Of a stretch of DNA of 20,000 nt, positions 9,317 to 19,094 are shown piece after piece; positions within the stretch are counted from its first letter, which is position 1, and each line of letters starts with the position of its first letter. The DNA is taken from sequence record DRR723986_3005; one strand, given 5' to 3'. Under the pieces are notes generated by a model that was given only the letters and a program-made list of their open reading frames with translations, ran no database searches and had not been told where the DNA came from. A program made the translations under genes and the position numbers.

Positions 9317-11782
9317 ATGATCGGTGAATACATAAAAGGTGCCGTGAGAAATATTGGGCGGAGAAAACTCTTTGGTCTCATTAGCGTCCTTGGTTTGGGT
9401 GCGGGGTTTGCTGTCGCAACAATGATCGGCGTTTTTCTCCAGTTTGAAACCAGTTTTGATACCATGCACAAAGATCATGAACGTATGTACCGCCTTAACT
9501 GGATAAATATCGGCACAGGTGCCCATTTCGCAACCTTTTTCAACCCCCTTTCCCCTAACATTGCAGCGGCCTACCCCGAAAAAATTGAAAGCCATACCCG
9601 CATCGCAACCGGTGAAGAATTGGTAACCATTGACGGTGAAACAAGCTACGAAGTCGTCAGCCTAGTCGACCCAACATGGTTTAACTTTTTTTCCTACGAC
9701 GACGTACATGGAAATGCGCAGAGTGCCATACAGGGCGTCCGCAACGCAGTGATTACCAGGTCCGCAGCCCTAAAGCTTTTTGACACAGAAGCAGCCGTTG
9801 GCAGAACTTTAACCATCGATGGTGATCAGGACTTCAGCGTGGCGGCTGTTGTGGAAAATAATCATGCCAATAGCCATCTGACAGCAAATATATTTATCAA
9901 TATGGAACTTATCCCCGTCATTTGGGGCTGGGATAATATTTGGGAAAACCTTGGCTCAGATCAACTCTATCATTACATGAAACTAACCCCCGGTACCGAG
10001 CCCGCTGAAGTCGAAAAACTAGCAGTGAAATATGTCGCCGAAAACGCTTTTGAAAGCGCAGAGGAAACGATTAAAATTCCGTTGCAGCCCATTACCGACA
10101 TTCACTTTAACACCGAACTTCAAAATGAAATGTCCATCCGCGACAGTATTCTAGGCACTGTCAAAACACAGCGTCGGGCAAGCGATATCTATATTTTCGT
10201 TATCGTTGCTGTTCTAACGCTGGCCATTGCAGCCTTCAATTTTATGAATTTGCAAATTGTCCAGATATCCAGCCGCTTGCGCGAGGTTGGTGTGAGAAAA
10301 ATTTTGGGCGCAACCAAGCGAAACATCATAACGCAATTCATGTTTGAAACCATGATGCTCGCTTTTGCCGCCCTGCTTACAGGGCTGGCTATTGCTGAAG
10401 TTGTCCTACCTATGTTTGGCAACTTGGTTGGCACCAACTTGCCTGCAAGCACTGTATTTTCTGCAGATATCCTAACAATTTTAGCGGTTTCGACGGTCTT
10501 GGTTACCGTAATGGCCGGTGTTTATCCGTCGCTAATGGCTGCACGACTGGTTCCGGCGCGAGCATTGCAGGGAGAAGTGGCCAAAAACGTTGGTCCGGCA
10601 AAAGTCCGCACAGGGCTTGTGCTTATTCAATTCTCCATGGCCACGGGTTTAATTATTGCCAGCGGTGTTATAGGCAGCCAGATCAATTTCGCTTTTTCCA
10701 AACCGCAAGGGTTTGACGCAACAGGTGTTGTTACTGTTTACACGTCCACATCTGTTGCACGGCAATCCTACCCAGCCATGAAACAACAACTGGAACAACA
10801 CCCCGCTATTCAAGCAGTTTCCTACGCCAATATCGTGCCATCGCAAGACCTGTCCAATGGCTGGAGCTACAGTATTGACCCCGATGACCCAGAGCAAGGC
10901 TTGGCCACACGCATGATCAACATGGGTTTTGGGGCATTTGAGCTATTGGGCATGGAAATGGTTGCCGGACGAAGCTATAGCGAAGAGTTCCCGAATGACG
11001 AATCCGTTAACCTGAACCGGGATCTTACCTATGCCACTCCGGGCCTTATCCTTAATGAAACGGCTGTAAAAGCTGCGGGGTGGCAAAGCCCGGAAGAGGC
11101 TATCGGTAAGATTTTAGTGTCTGCATACAATCGCGGCGGCATCGACTATCGCAACGACTATACAATAGTCGGTGTCGTGAAAGATGCACACTACCGTTCG
11201 ATACGATCACCTATCGCGCCCCTTTCCTATCATCTGCAAAACGGTTCTCGCCAAATGGTCATTAAAATTGACCCCAAACGCGAACAAGAAGCTTTGGCTG
11301 CAATTGATGCCGCTTGGCAGCAGATGGTGCCAGACCGTCCTATCCGCAGGTCAATTTTAGCTGACGACTATGCCGCTTTTTACAGCGGTGAAAACCGCAC
11401 CTTCAGCTTAATCATCGGGTTTGCCGCTATAGCTGTTGCTATCGCCTGTATCGGCCTATACGGCCTCACCGCATACATGGTTGAGCGCCGGGTTAAAGAA
11501 GTTGGTATTCGCAAAGTATTGGGCGCAACCGTTGCACAAATTGTTGCACTTTTGTCGTGGGATTACACAAAGTTAGTTATTGCCGCCAGCATTCTCATAT
11601 GGCCGTTTGTCTGGTGGTTAATGGCCGATTGGCTCTCTAATTTTGCCTACCGCACTGATTTGGAGATATCCTTATTTGTCATTGCCAGTTTGGCAACATT
11701 ACTGCTGGCGGCGATCACCACGTCACTGCGCACATTAACTGCTGCACGTGCGAACCCCATAAATGCCCTTAGAAGCGAATAA
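9317..11782 (+). CDS. ABC transporter permease, duplicated MacB-periplasmic/FtsX type
   Basis: Two FtsX-type halves, each with EVG(V/I)RK(I/V)LGA; C-terminal ANPINALRSE. Start moved to ATG 9317, with GGGGAG RBS and downstream of the sigma54 promoter. Confidence 0.92.
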   Translation: MIGEYIKGAVRNIGRRKLFGLISVLGLGAGFAVATMIGVFLQFETSFDTMHKDHERMYRLNWINIGTGAHFATFFNPLSPNIAAAYPEKIESHTRIATGEELVTIDGETSYEVVSLVDPTWFNFFSYDDVHGNAQSAIQGVRNAVITRSAALKLFDTEAAVGRTLTIDGDQDFSVAAVVENNHANSHLTANIFINMELIPVIWGWDNIWENLGSDQLYHYMKLTPGTEPAEVEKLAVKYVAENAFESAEETIKIPLQPITDIHFNTELQNEMSIRDSILGTVKTQRRASDIYIFVIVAVLTLAIAAFNFMNLQIVQISSRLREVGVRKILGATKRNIITQFMFETMMLAFAALLTGLAIAEVVLPMFGNLVGTNLPASTVFSADILTILAVSTVLVTVMAGVYPSLMAARLVPARALQGEVAKNVGPAKVRTGLVLIQFSMATGLIIASGVIGSQINFAFSKPQGFDATGVVTVYTSTSVARQSYPAMKQQLEQHPAIQAVSYANIVPSQDLSNGWSYSIDPDDPEQGLATRMINMGFGAFELLGMEMVAGRSYSEEFPNDESVNLNRDLTYATPGLILNETAVKAAGWQSPEEAIGKILVSAYNRGGIDYRNDYTIVGVVKDAHYRSIRSPIAPLSYHLQNGSRQMVIKIDPKREQEALAAIDAAWQQMVPDRPIRRSILADDYAAFYSGENRTFSLIIGFAAIAVAIACIGLYGLTAYMVERRVKEVGIRKVLGATVAQIVALLSWDYTKLVIAASILIWPFVWWLMADWLSNFAYRTDLEISLFVIASLATLLLAAITTSLRTLTAARANPINALRSE

Positions 11783-11872
11783 GCAAAGGCCCGCGGCAAA
11801 CTATTGTGTAAATTTCAACGATAGGTCACACTCATAGCCATATATTCGATTTATCGAACAAAGGACTAGAGT

Positions 11873-12313
11873 GTGATTACTTATCTAAAAGGCCTTTCAG
11901 GCCCTACGATTGCGGTTTTTCTGGCGCGCTCAATGGTGGGGCTGCTGTTTCTTATGGCTGGATGGTGGAAGGTCTTCACACTAACACCCGCTCTACATGC
12001 CCAACAGTTTTTCATAGAAGGCTTCAAAGATAGCTGGATACCTGAATGGTTACTGTTGGCTTTGGGCATGGGCATTCCGCCGTTTGAATTGATCGCCGGG
12101 CTGTTGCTTGTTGTCGGTTTATGGACCCGATTAACCGCAAGTTTAACCGGCTTGTTGCTGCTGCTGACAACCTATGGTCATGCGCTTCAGCAACCCTTGT
12201 TTGACATTGACGGCCACACATTCACCCGGTTGGCTTTGATCTTGTTTGTTCTAATGATACCGTCTGACACTGATAAGCTCAGTATTGATGGTTTTCGGCG
12301 TAGCAAAAGCTAG
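11873..12313 (+). CDS. DoxX family membrane protein
   Basis: Four hydrophobic segments, R...GLLFLMAGWWKV, ELIAGLLLVVGLWTR and a C-terminal LSID motif. GTG start with AAGGA upstream. Confidence 0.8.
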   Translation: MITYLKGLSGPTIAVFLARSMVGLLFLMAGWWKVFTLTPALHAQQFFIEGFKDSWIPEWLLLALGMGIPPFELIAGLLLVVGLWTRLTASLTGLLLLLTTYGHALQQPLFDIDGHTFTRLALILFVLMIPSDTDKLSIDGFRRSKS

Positions 12314-12341
12314 CATCTGAACATTTGCGAAGGAATTTGGT

Positions 12342-13781
12342 TTGAAGAAACTTCACAGTTTTTACATCAATGGGGCGTGGCAACCGGCATCAGTTGATGG
12401 CGCGTTGGATATTATTGACCCTGCCACGGAAGACGTGATTGGTTCTGTCGTAATGGGTACTGCCGCTGATGCGCAAGTGGCGGTGCAAGCCGCAGTAGCC
12501 GCCTTTCCCGCATTCAGCAAAACAACCAAAGAAGAACGCCTTGCCCTGCTTGAGAAAATGCTCGAATGTTACAAAGCACGGTACGACGAGTTTGCTGATG
12601 CAATCCGCCTCGAAATGGGTGCACCCAAAACGTTGGCACATGAAGCCCAAGCATATTGCGGCGTTGAGCATTTGGAAGCAACCATTGCCGCACTTAAGGC
12701 CTTCTCGCTTGAAGTTCCAAAGGATGGCTATCAGCTGAGATATGAACCTATTGGCGTATGTGGCCTGATAACGCCCTGGAATTGGCCCATCAACCAAATT
12801 GTATGCAAAGTGGCTCCAGCTATCGCCGCAGGGTGTACCGTTGTTCTAAAGCCCAGTGAATATGCAGCGCTTTCTGCACAGCTTTTTGCCGAGGTTATGG
12901 ATGAAGCCGGTGTGCCTACCGGTGTGTTCAATATGGTATTCGGCGACGGTGCTGAAGTTGGCGCCGCTATTAGCGAGCATCCGGACGTTAATATGATGTC
13001 TTTCACCGGCTCAACCGCCGCTGGTGCCGCCGTTGCGGTGGGCGCCGCACCAACTGTAAAACGCGTGAGCCAGGAGCTGGGCGGCAAATCCCCCATCGTT
13101 GTAGCGGCAGACGTTGATCTGGAAACCGTTATTCCGGAATGTGTTTGGTTATGCATGGAAAACACGGGCCAGTCCTGCAATGCCGGTACCCGACTTATTG
13201 TGCCAGCCCATCTGCATGGCCGAATTGTGGAACTGGCTGTTGCAGCCGCTGAAAGCTATAAAGTTGGAGACCCAACCGATGCCGCCACGGAAATAGGCCC
13301 GCTGGCTAATACCCGCCAGTATGCAAAAGTGACCGGTTTGCTGCGCCAGGCAGAAACAGAGGGGCTAACCCCCGCAACCGGCGGCTTGGGCAGGCCTGAA
13401 GGCTTTGACAAAGGCTTCTTCGTAAAGCCAACCATATTTGTCGGATTGCATAATGACCAACTTATAGCACGAGAAGAAGTATTTGGCCCTGTGCTTGCTA
13501 TTTTACCATATGAGACTGTTGAAGAGGCAACCAAAATTGCCAACGACACGCCCTACGGCCTATCCGCATATATCTATGCGGCAGACCCAAAACTGGCTGC
13601 AAGATGGTCGCGCGACATACGAGCCGGCATGGTGCATATAAACGGTGCGCCGCTGGCAACTGGTGCGCCCTTTGGAGGGTTTAAACAATCAGGTAATGGC
13701 CGTGAATGGGGCGAATTTGGGCTTCATGAATTTCTTGAAGTAAAAGCAATTATGTCGATTGATGAGAGTGATGATGCATAA
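12342..13781 (+). CDS. NAD(P)-dependent aldehyde dehydrogenase
   Basis: ITPWNWP, LKPSE, FTGS, catalytic ELGGKSP, GQSC, EEVFGPV and PFGGFKQSGNGRE motifs. TTG start. Confidence 0.95.
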   Translation: MKKLHSFYINGAWQPASVDGALDIIDPATEDVIGSVVMGTAADAQVAVQAAVAAFPAFSKTTKEERLALLEKMLECYKARYDEFADAIRLEMGAPKTLAHEAQAYCGVEHLEATIAALKAFSLEVPKDGYQLRYEPIGVCGLITPWNWPINQIVCKVAPAIAAGCTVVLKPSEYAALSAQLFAEVMDEAGVPTGVFNMVFGDGAEVGAAISEHPDVNMMSFTGSTAAGAAVAVGAAPTVKRVSQELGGKSPIVVAADVDLETVIPECVWLCMENTGQSCNAGTRLIVPAHLHGRIVELAVAAAESYKVGDPTDAATEIGPLANTRQYAKVTGLLRQAETEGLTPATGGLGRPEGFDKGFFVKPTIFVGLHNDQLIAREEVFGPVLAILPYETVEEATKIANDTPYGLSAYIYAADPKLAARWSRDIRAGMVHINGAPLATGAPFGGFKQSGNGREWGEFGLHEFLEVKAIMSIDESDDA

Positions 13782-14821
13782 TGGATAAAAGTAAACTGGA
13801 CCGCTTGCGCGAACAATATTTGGATAAAGGTGTTAACGAACACCAAACCGAAAAGTTTAATACTGTGGCTGATAAAATTGTTAGCGACAAAACGGAAGGC
13901 ACGCGCCCAAAACCCTATAGTGGTATTTCCACCTTTCTGGACCTACCGCAAGCCGACACACTAGACGGACTGGATATTGCCGTTATCGGCGTACCCATGG
14001 ACCTGGCGGTTTCCAACCGTGCAGGCGCCCGCCTTGGGCCGAGGGCGGTTCGGGCAATTGAGCGTATCGGCCCCTATAACCACATGACAGGCATAGTACC
14101 CAAGGCCGAATGCAATGTGGCAGATGTGGGAGATGTGCCGTTTCGCTCACGCTATAGCCTTGAGGAAAGCATTCAAGATATTGAAAATTATTACCGCAAG
14201 GTGCAAGAAGCGGGCGTGCTTCCGCTATCGGTTGGCGGCGACCATTCTATAACCCACCCTATTCTGCGGGCGCTGGGTGCGGATGAGCCGGTGGCTTTGG
14301 TGCATATTGACGCCCACTGCGACACGGCAGGCACCTATGACGGCTCCAAGTTCCATCATGGTGGCCCCTTCAGGCTTGCAGTGCTTGACGGCGTTTTAGA
14401 CCCCGAGAAAACCATTCAAATCGGCATTCGCGGCTCCAGCGAAGCCATATGGGAATTCAGCTACACGTCCGGCATGACGGTGGTTCACATTGAAGACATT
14501 ATGGAAATGGGCATTGAAGCTTTGATAGAAAAAACCAAAGCACTGATCGGTGATATGCCGGTGTATGTATCGGTTGATGTGGACGGTTTTGACCCTGCCT
14601 ATGCACCTGGCACAGGCACACCTGAGGCGGGCGGCATGACACCGCGTGAGGGCTTCCAGCTGCTCCGCGGGCTGATGGGCATGAATGTAATCGGCGCAGA
14701 CGTTGTAGAGGTTGCCCCCATGTATGACCCCACAAGCAACACAGCACAGTTGGGTGCACAGCTTTTGTTCGAGGAACTTTGCATATTAGCGCAGGCTTAT
14801 AAAAACAGACAAGCTGGTTAG
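13781..14821 (+). CDS. Ureohydrolase (agmatinase / guanidino-acid hydrolase family)
   Basis: Metal-binding motifs GGDHS, DAHCD and SVDVDGFDPAYAPGTGTP; DVVEVAP. Start overlaps the ALDH stop (TAATG). Confidence 0.92.
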   Translation: MDKSKLDRLREQYLDKGVNEHQTEKFNTVADKIVSDKTEGTRPKPYSGISTFLDLPQADTLDGLDIAVIGVPMDLAVSNRAGARLGPRAVRAIERIGPYNHMTGIVPKAECNVADVGDVPFRSRYSLEESIQDIENYYRKVQEAGVLPLSVGGDHSITHPILRALGADEPVALVHIDAHCDTAGTYDGSKFHHGGPFRLAVLDGVLDPEKTIQIGIRGSSEAIWEFSYTSGMTVVHIEDIMEMGIEALIEKTKALIGDMPVYVSVDVDGFDPAYAPGTGTPEAGGMTPREGFQLLRGLMGMNVIGADVVEVAPMYDPTSNTAQLGAQLLFEELCILAQAYKNRQAG

Positions 14822-14844
14822 GCACACTGAGAAGGCGTATCATC

Positions 14845-16236
14845 ATGAGTTTTGCAAAAACTGCATTAAGCAATACCAAGTTCATGCCCTTTTGGCTGGA
14901 CAGTTTAGACGCGCCTGATAGCGAACCTGCGCTACTTGATGATATTAATGTCGACCTTCTCATTGTAGGCGGTGGCTTCACCGGCCTGTGGGCTGGCATT
15001 CAGGCAAAAGAAGCCAACCCGGACCGCACAGTTGCTATCATTGAGGCGGGCAAGGTGGCGCACGGCGCATCGGGCCGACCGGGCGCAATTGTTTCCACAT
15101 CCATCATGCACGGGCTGTCCAACGCCATTCGTGTTTTCCCTGATGACCTGGACGAATTAGAGCGGCTGGGCCACGACAATATGGGCGGTTTCATGAAGGC
15201 CTTAGAGGCCTACAATATCGACTGTGATTTTGAGTTTGGCGGCGAGCTTACCGTTGGGGTCGGCGCTGATTGTCAGGAAATTCTTAATGAAGAATATGCC
15301 CTGAACAAAGAACACGGCCATGATGTCACGCTGTTAAACGCTGCGGAAATTAAAGAGCAAATAAACTCACCGCTGTTTGAAGGGGCGGTATGGTCAAAGA
15401 AAAACAGTGGCACATTGCATCCGGCTAAATTGGCGTGGGGCTTGAAAGCTGCGGCCATAAAACTTGGTGTTGCGCTATATGAAAACACGCCGCTCGTAAA
15501 AATAACCAGAAGCGGAACAGGCCTTGTTGCCTCAACACCGAAGGCAAAAATCACTACACGGAAAGTCTTGTTGGCAACCAATGCATTCGCAGCTGGCCAC
15601 AAGCGCATTAAAAAGCGCGTGGTATTGGTGCGGGACCGTATACTTGCGACCGAACCGCTAACACCAGCCCAGCTTGACAGTGTTGGCTGGAAAAACCGCC
15701 AAGGCATTTACGACACCCGCACACAAATGAACTATATGCGGCTAACCAAAGACAACCGGATTATTTTTGGCGGTCGGTTAGGCTATTTTTACGGCGGCAA
15801 CCCGGACCCTGCGGAAGACAAAACAGAGAAACCATTCCTGCGGTTAGCAGAAGCATTTGCGCGAACATTCCCGCAACTGAGTGATGTTTCGTTCAGCCAC
15901 GCCTGGAGCGGGCCCATTGCGCTGACCAACCGCATGGCTGTTCATTTTCAGCATTATTTTGGTGGTGATGTTATTTATGCTGGTGGCTATTCTGGTTTCG
16001 GCGTGTCAGCCTCCCGTTTCGGCGCCCGCATTGGGTTGGCGGTTCTTGATCGGGCCGACATCCCGGAAGCACAGATGGCTTTCGCCGTGAGCGAGCCGGG
16101 CTACATTCCGCCAGAACCCTTCCGATGGCTAGGCGCAAAAATAACGCTATATGCCATGGACACACTCGACGAAAAAGGCGGCTGGCGAAAGCCGTGGATA
16201 TCCTTTGTCGAGAAATTAGGCTTTCCACTTACATAA
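14845..16236 (+). CDS. FAD-dependent oxidoreductase (DadA/PuuB-OrdL family)
   Basis: IVGGGFTGLW Rossmann motif, GASGR, LHPAKLAWGL, LATNAF, HAWSGPI and GYSGFGV. Confidence 0.88.
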   Translation: MSFAKTALSNTKFMPFWLDSLDAPDSEPALLDDINVDLLIVGGGFTGLWAGIQAKEANPDRTVAIIEAGKVAHGASGRPGAIVSTSIMHGLSNAIRVFPDDLDELERLGHDNMGGFMKALEAYNIDCDFEFGGELTVGVGADCQEILNEEYALNKEHGHDVTLLNAAEIKEQINSPLFEGAVWSKKNSGTLHPAKLAWGLKAAAIKLGVALYENTPLVKITRSGTGLVASTPKAKITTRKVLLATNAFAAGHKRIKKRVVLVRDRILATEPLTPAQLDSVGWKNRQGIYDTRTQMNYMRLTKDNRIIFGGRLGYFYGGNPDPAEDKTEKPFLRLAEAFARTFPQLSDVSFSHAWSGPIALTNRMAVHFQHYFGGDVIYAGGYSGFGVSASRFGARIGLAVLDRADIPEAQMAFAVSEPGYIPPEPFRWLGAKITLYAMDTLDEKGGWRKPWISFVEKLGFPLT

Positions 16237-16276
16237 CGAACAGTTTTTACCTGAAACGGCCTACTTCATTAAGTGT

Positions 16277-17788
16277 TCACTCACCCGCAAGCGCACCAGC
16301 AATAAACTCCCGCATGTCGTTTGAAAGCCTAACAAACGCTTCCTCATAAACATACATCATATGACCCGCTTCATAATATTTCATGGTAACCCGGCTTGTA
16401 TCAATGCCATGCCGCCCAACGGTATAGTCAGCATCAAAAAACGGCGTCACCAAATCATAATAGCCCGATGCCACCAGTATTTTCAGCGCTGGGTTCAGCT
16501 TCATGGCCTCAGCCAGTTGGGGCGCTGTATTGACATAAGATGGCTCGTTATAGCCGCTACTGCGATCATAAACCCAGTTGGCACCAACATCAGGGCCAGA
16601 GCCATAATAGGGCCGGTCTAACTGCACGTTTAAATCTTGTTGCATGAAATGCCGAAAAGCCGACGAGTAAGCGCCGGAAATGGCAGCTGACGCAGCATCA
16701 AACCTTGCACTTTCAGCCACACCGTCCAGGTCAGATGTTTTATAGCGAGCATCTAGGCGCCCGACAATTTCACCGCTATCCCGCAACAACTCTTTGGCAA
16801 AGCGCCCGGTTAGAATGCGCAGATTGGCTCTTTTGATGTAAGTCTCGCTAATGCCGGTATAGGCAGCTAACTTTGAAGCCATTGCGTTAAACTCACCTTC
16901 CGACAACGACGACCCTTTAAACAAAGCGGGCAGGTACTCATCGGTCGCAAACTTGCTTACTTCCGCAACAAAAGCCGTCAAATCGCCTTTCTCTCCCTCA
17001 AGCTTGCCGTGATAACGGGCCGTGGCGGCAAGACTTGGCAAATAGGTAACATGGGCGATCAAATTATCATGAACCGGTGTGCTGCCGGTATAATCCATCG
17101 CCTGCGATATCATAATCACACCGTTAATGCGCATGGGTTCTGCGCCGCCCTGCAAGTAAGGCAACATGGCGGCAACACGGGTGGTGCCGAAGCTTTCGCC
17201 TGCAATAAACTTGGGGGCATTCCATCGGCCATTGGCGCGAACCCACTCGCGCATAATTTCAGAAACCGAGCGCGCGTCTTCCGCCAGCCCGTAAACATCT
17301 TCGGCTTTGCCGTCGCCAGCCAACCGGCTGAAACCTGTACCAATCGGGTCAATGAAAACCAGATCGCTAATATCCAGCAACGCCAATGGGTTATCCTCTA
17401 TCTGGTAAGGTGCAAGCCCGGCGTCTGCAGCGTCGCTTGGCACCCGCACGCGCTTGGGGCCCATTAGCCCCATATGAAGCCAGGTAGACGCCGAACCCGG
17501 CCCGCCGTTAAACACGAATGTAACCGGTCGAAGCGGCCCGGCATCATCCATTATGTATGACGTTGTTACTGCCTCGGCATAAACCGTTCCGTCTCCGCGC
17601 TTTAGCAACTGGTTGCCGACAACGGCTTGATATTCAACCGACTTGTCGCCGAACTTGCCTTTATGCTCCGTGGTGATTTTGATTGGTTCAGGAATTGGCT
17701 TAGGCGCAGCTTCATCATTCGCGCTAACCAAAAACGCACTAGAAAGCAATAAAGCAACCCACACATACCGAACAAACGAATTGGTCAT
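16277..17788 (-). CDS. Exported peptidase S10 (serine carboxypeptidase-like)
   Basis: Signal peptide, FNGGPGSAS, IDPIGTGFS, nucleophile GESFG, YYDLVTP and YEAGHMMY motifs. GGAGG RBS. Confidence 0.92.
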   Translation of the reverse strand: MTNSFVRYVWVALLLSSAFLVSANDEAAPKPIPEPIKITTEHKGKFGDKSVEYQAVVGNQLLKRGDGTVYAEAVTTSYIMDDAGPLRPVTFVFNGGPGSASTWLHMGLMGPKRVRVPSDAADAGLAPYQIEDNPLALLDISDLVFIDPIGTGFSRLAGDGKAEDVYGLAEDARSVSEIMREWVRANGRWNAPKFIAGESFGTTRVAAMLPYLQGGAEPMRINGVIMISQAMDYTGSTPVHDNLIAHVTYLPSLAATARYHGKLEGEKGDLTAFVAEVSKFATDEYLPALFKGSSLSEGEFNAMASKLAAYTGISETYIKRANLRILTGRFAKELLRDSGEIVGRLDARYKTSDLDGVAESARFDAASAAISGAYSSAFRHFMQQDLNVQLDRPYYGSGPDVGANWVYDRSSGYNEPSYVNTAPQLAEAMKLNPALKILVASGYYDLVTPFFDADYTVGRHGIDTSRVTMKYYEAGHMMYVYEEAFVRLSNDMREFIAGALAGE

Positions 17789-17910
17789 AAATTCCTCCAG
17801 AGCATCAATGAATTGAAAATATTTTCAAAAATAGCCTAGCGGCGAATGGGTGGGCGCACAATCCCAAGCTGAAATGAGAAATAGTAATAACGCAAAGGCG
17901 ATGAGGGAAA

Positions 17911-17926
17911 GTGGTGGGCCCGGAGG
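17911..17926. repeat. 16-bp direct repeat of the tRNA 3' end (distal att core)
   Basis: GTGGTGGGCCCGGAGG is identical to 19970-19985; its reverse complement contains GGGCCCACCA. Confidence 0.9.
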
Positions 17927-17948
17927 CTCTTTACAAATCGTTATATTT

Positions 17949-17971
17949 CAATGGCTTACGTTGGATAACCT
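17949..17971. repeat. Left inner inverted repeat (IHF-like box plus TTGGATAACC)
   Basis: CAATGGCTTACGTTGGATAACCT versus the reverse complement of 19934-19956, CAATGACTTAGCTTGGCTAACCT: 19/23 identical by manual alignment. Confidence 0.7.
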
Positions 17972-18021
17972 TGTCAAAACCGCCATTATAATCATTAGAG
18001 AATATCGAACATTGGCTAACC

Positions 18022-19092
18022 CTAAACCAACCTCAATCCGTGAGGCATTAAGGCTTTCTCCTCAATAGGATAAATTTCACGCAGCTCTTCAACTCTCAAG
18101 TACAAAAGCTTAGCCATGTCTTCCATTGAATAATTTAAACTCTGCATATGCACTTTAAATATATTACTGAGGACCGTTGGTTCTTCAGGGGCAAAGTCAA
18201 GCTCTGGCGGTTCCTTGCGGCGATAGCCTGATCTGTTCATTTGAATCCATTGATATCTGGCCTGATTATAACTTATTGCTCCACATGACTGTGCGCAAAC
18301 GAGCAACGCGCCCATTGAAACCCGCCAAACTGGCTTCAATGCGGCAAGCTTCTTCAAGTTGAGATTCCGAGACAGCAAAGGGTATAGCTCATCCGGCGGA
18401 AGCAAAAGTGCACTGGCAAATGCATTCGCTTCATCTTCCATCTCTGGAGAAGGAATTTTATGCATAATGATATGCCCAAGTTCATGCGCAATTGTAAACC
18501 GCTGCCTGTCCGCAGGCTGGGCCTTATTTATAAAAATACAAGGTGGTGTGCCAGGTACATTGGATGTAAATCCATCCACAGCCAAATCGGAAAGATCACT
18601 GAATATCACTATGCACCCTGCCCGCTCGACCAATTCCACCAAGTTCCCTAGAGGCCCACTTGGTTGATGCCACATACGTCTTACAAGTGAGGCTATAGTT
18701 ACAGGTCCGTCATATTGGTCAACGTCAAGATGAGGAAGTTCTAGATCACTGTGCTGGTCTACAGACTGTAACAAACGTCGCACATGCAACAATTGAAGGT
18801 TTATTTTGGCCTCGAGTTTATTTTTCGCTTTCTGAGGAAGAGAAGACTTCTTTCGGTACTGCACGCTAATTGGCAATCCAACCATGTTATCCGGCGCACG
18901 AAATAAGTCCGTTGGATACCCCACGGCTTTGGCCAACTTAACTTCCACGTCCTCAGACGGCTCCAACAACCCGCTCTCATATTTCGAAATATTTGCTTGC
19001 GACAAGCCTGACGCTTTAGACAAATCAGATTGACTCATCCCCCGCGCCTGCCGAGACATTCTCAACAATCCAAAATTGAAAGATTTGGTCAT
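18022..19092 (-). CDS. XRE-family HTH fused to ImmA/IrrE (peptidase M78) zinc metallopeptidase; putative antitoxin/regulator
   Basis: N-terminal HTH (RQARGMSQSDLS..SGLSQANISKYESG); RQRFTIAHELGHIIMH (HExxH) followed by EDEANAFASALLLP. Confidence 0.93.
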   Translation of the reverse strand: MTKSFNFGLLRMSRQARGMSQSDLSKASGLSQANISKYESGLLEPSEDVEVKLAKAVGYPTDLFRAPDNMVGLPISVQYRKKSSLPQKAKNKLEAKINLQLLHVRRLLQSVDQHSDLELPHLDVDQYDGPVTIASLVRRMWHQPSGPLGNLVELVERAGCIVIFSDLSDLAVDGFTSNVPGTPPCIFINKAQPADRQRFTIAHELGHIIMHKIPSPEMEDEANAFASALLLPPDELYPLLSRNLNLKKLAALKPVWRVSMGALLVCAQSCGAISYNQARYQWIQMNRSGYRRKEPPELDFAPEEPTVLSNIFKVHMQSLNYSMEDMAKLLYLRVEELREIYPIEEKALMPHGLRLV

Positions 19093-19094
19093 TC

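Noticed and set aside
11783-12341. Guanidine or other riboswitch upstream of the ureohydrolase cluster
   Set aside because: The intergenic gaps are short (90 and 28 bp) and I see no paired ACGR hairpins or ykkC-like structure. An Rfam scan would be decisive.
17850-18068. 72-aa plus-strand ORF across the distal att site (possible excisionase?)
   Set aside because: It straddles the element boundary, overlaps the antisense peptidase end, and has no RBS or HTH-like pattern.
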